A DNA stretch of 64,000 bases from positions 7,812,001-7,876,000 of the forward strand of contig CM022668.1 in the NCBI GenBank assembly GCA_012295275.1, given 5' to 3'. Below the pieces are notes generated by a model, which saw only the letters and a program-made list of their open reading frames with translations, did not search any database and was not told where the DNA came from. Every line of letters starts with the position of its first letter. The stretch's first letter is position 1. Position numbers and translations under genes: made by a program. The stretch is from Chrysomallon squamiferum. Its lineage: Eukaryota > Animalia > Mollusca. Shown here one piece after another: positions 55,642 to 64,000 of this stretch.

Positions 55642-56048
55642 GACTTTAGAACTTTGCCCTCACTGCCTGCACGACAAAATAAAAATTTTACCTTTCGACG
55701 AAACAAGGAAGAAATACGGGTATTGTTATGTAAAGCGGTCGAGTCCATTAGGTAGGGATAATGAGGCTAAACTATTTGAATTAACACTCATTTATTGAAA
55801 TTTCAGACTAGGGTGGATATTTAGCAGCTAGTGCAATATATATTTGGTATAATAATATTATTAAAATAAGAGAATATTCATTTTACAAATATTCATTAAT
55901 AAGGTATAGAGTTATTTTTACCTATTTTGTTGTAAAATAACTGTGCCTAGATGTATCCCGTTTCGAAGACTATAAATATATCTTATGCTGAATTTGTTTG
56001 TATTAGGTACACACAAACTAATTTATAACCACTCATGCATGTTATATA

Positions 56049-56917
56049 CAGTATACCTTCACCTGTTCGCGGTTCCTCTTAACCCTATCGCATCGTATGC
56101 TGGTATACCAGGCTAGCGTCATAACGTCATAAAAACAAATGCTCGGTAAACCGGGTTTTTGTAGGTCATAGAGACTTAAGTGCTTGAAGAGTAGGAATAA
56201 TTACCTAAAGTGCTGTAAAGCAGCAGCTAAGCTGTGCCATACTGTACATTAGTGTTATCATCATCATCGTATGGCACTGCAAATTTCATCATCATTTTAT
56301 TATCATTCATTATTTGGTGACAGCACAAACAATATCAAATTTTTTCAATTATTATTGCAATACAGTACGTATTTTTTTTATAAATGCATGCACTGTATGT
56401 ACAGTGCATATTTTTTGTGACCGTGTATTAATAATGTTTTTAATTGCATATTATTACTGAATTGTATTATTTATTATTACCTGAACTGTGCGTACTGTAT
56501 TTATCTGTCTGTTTGCCTTTAAATTTGTTCCACTTTCTGTCAATTCTAATACATATGTTGTACGCTTAGAAAATGACTTTACGGTACAGTAATACAGTAT
56601 GGGTAACTATGCTATGCGGTGTTACTGTCCTCCTGTACTTACGTTTCTTTCTGATTAATATATTGTTTCAGTACAAAATTAAAATGTGTTTACATTATCA
56701 TTACTACATTAGTGAAATACATAACTGTATGCAATATTACTACATTATTACTGTATTAATGAGTAAGAGTTTCTTTAGAAAGTGTTTGGGAAGCATTTAG
56801 TACCGTATATAATCTCATAATAGACGTTTTAAAACTGCATCCAATATTCGCGGTTTTTCGCTATTCGCGGGGGGGGGGGTAAAGAACGTAACCCCCGCGA
56901 ATAGCGAGGGAATACTG
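56049..56917. mobile_element. Non-autonomous Tc1/mariner-superfamily (pogo/Tigger-like) DNA transposon or MITE, about 870 bp
   Basis: Imperfect TIRs cagtataccttcacctgttcgcgg and (reverse complement) cagtattccctcgctattcgcggg. TA on both sides (56047-48, 56918-19). The paralogous empty site gttatatatttctgagtgtacg is at 47481. Confidence 0.85.
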
Positions 56918-57306
56918 TATTTCTGAGTGTACGATTGTGTGTGTGTATGTGTGTGTGTCTGACTGTACATTATCTAATGCAACATTAAAAGAAATTCAGA
57001 ATTAGCATTTAATACTACTGCTAATACCAATTTTAATAAATAAATAAATAAATAAATAAATAAATGACTGTTTCTCAAATTACAAATTTGAGTTATCTGC
57101 TCTTTTTCTGTATTTAAAAATAAAATCAACATAATAAATAAATTAATTAATCCCTAAAAAAAAAAAAAAAAAATCCAAATAGATTAGTAAGTAAGTAAGT
57201 AAGTAAGTTAATAAATAAATAAATAAATAAATAAATAAAAGCGTTAATTTTTTAAGGATGAATTTTATTATAGTCTCGTTAAACTAAAACGATGATTTTA
57301 ATTAGA

Positions 57307-57314
57307 TGACGTCA
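57307..57314. promoter_or_regulatory. CRE palindrome in the divergent E/D intergenic region
   Basis: tgacgtca about 580 bp upstream of the gene D ATG. Confidence 0.3.
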
Positions 57315-57662
57315 CGAAACTTTAAACAAAAACACCAAAACAACGTTAGCAGACGTACATGCTTCCGATGTAATCATTATTTTTAGTTGACCTATTATAC
57401 ATTCTGTTTGAAGGGAAAACTTATTATTACCACGATGATATAAGTTAGAAAAGGTAACGCAAAGAACACTAGACTTGCAGTTATTTCGGATAAGATTTGT
57501 TTTGGTTAAATGTTTTCTTTTAATCAAACGTCAAAACATTTATAATATTTATTTATTTATTTATTTATTTGTTCATTAGTTTACTTATTTTACCTGATGG
57601 TAAACAACACAATAGCAACAACAACAGCTAAAAAAAAAAAAAAAAAAAAAAAAAAACCAAAC

Positions 57663-57707
<45 letters not shown>

Positions 57708-57895
57708 AAAACATAAACAGAACAAAACAAAAAACAAGACTTTCCTGTTTATAGTTACGGGGTCAGATCAAAGCACCAGCAACAACAACAAAATGGATGC
57801 ACAAGTTTACAACTAATAATACAGTTTAAATGTAAAATAATAATAAACTAAATTTAAAAAAATATTTTTATTTTTTAATTTCAGATGTTACTAAC

Positions 57896-63789
<5,894 letters not shown>

Positions 63790-64000
63790 ATCTGCAGACT
63801 TAATCATCAGTCAAAAGAGACTTAATTTGTCAGTAAACTGAGATTTCCCTAAAGTAATAAATTGTGTTTTCTATTAAATGATGAAATTTGTTTTCTGTGA
63901 AATAATAATCATTTGTTTTCTTTAAAGTAGTAAAGTTTTGTTTTCTGTGAAAAAAGGAATTTTTGTTTCCTATAAAACAATAAAACAAATTTCTTAAAAA

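Overview
AT-rich, microsatellite-dense, intron-containing animal genomic DNA. An invertebrate, probably lophotrochozoan or mollusc-like, origin is inferred. Splicing by hand (GT-AG sites, consistent phases) gives five genes. A (+, 5'-truncated, <1..23144): a large type I membrane protein with at least 7 tandem GON domains and at least 6 TSP1 repeats, a 16-aa glycosylation repeat stalk, an EGF-like module, a TM helix and a tail with six RRxS motifs. B (-, 33833..25902): SP-GON-TSP1x3-TM. C (+, 38893..42681): a Shisa-like six-Cys/PY membrane protein with an RGG plus hydrophobic, Shadoo-like N-terminus. E (-, 55641..50280): an intact paralogue of C. D (+, 57896..63789): SP-GON-TSP1-stalk-TM ending in YTRF. 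B/C and E/D are two mirror-image head-to-head pairs of a GON-TSP1 membrane protein and a Shisa-like gene, with decayed copies of both Shisa-like loci between them. Also present: an RTE-like LINE relic, a Tigger/pogo-like insertion whose empty site survives in the paralogous copy, two single-base frameshifts in gene A, and many micro- and minisatellites. All models are manual predictions without transcript evidence.
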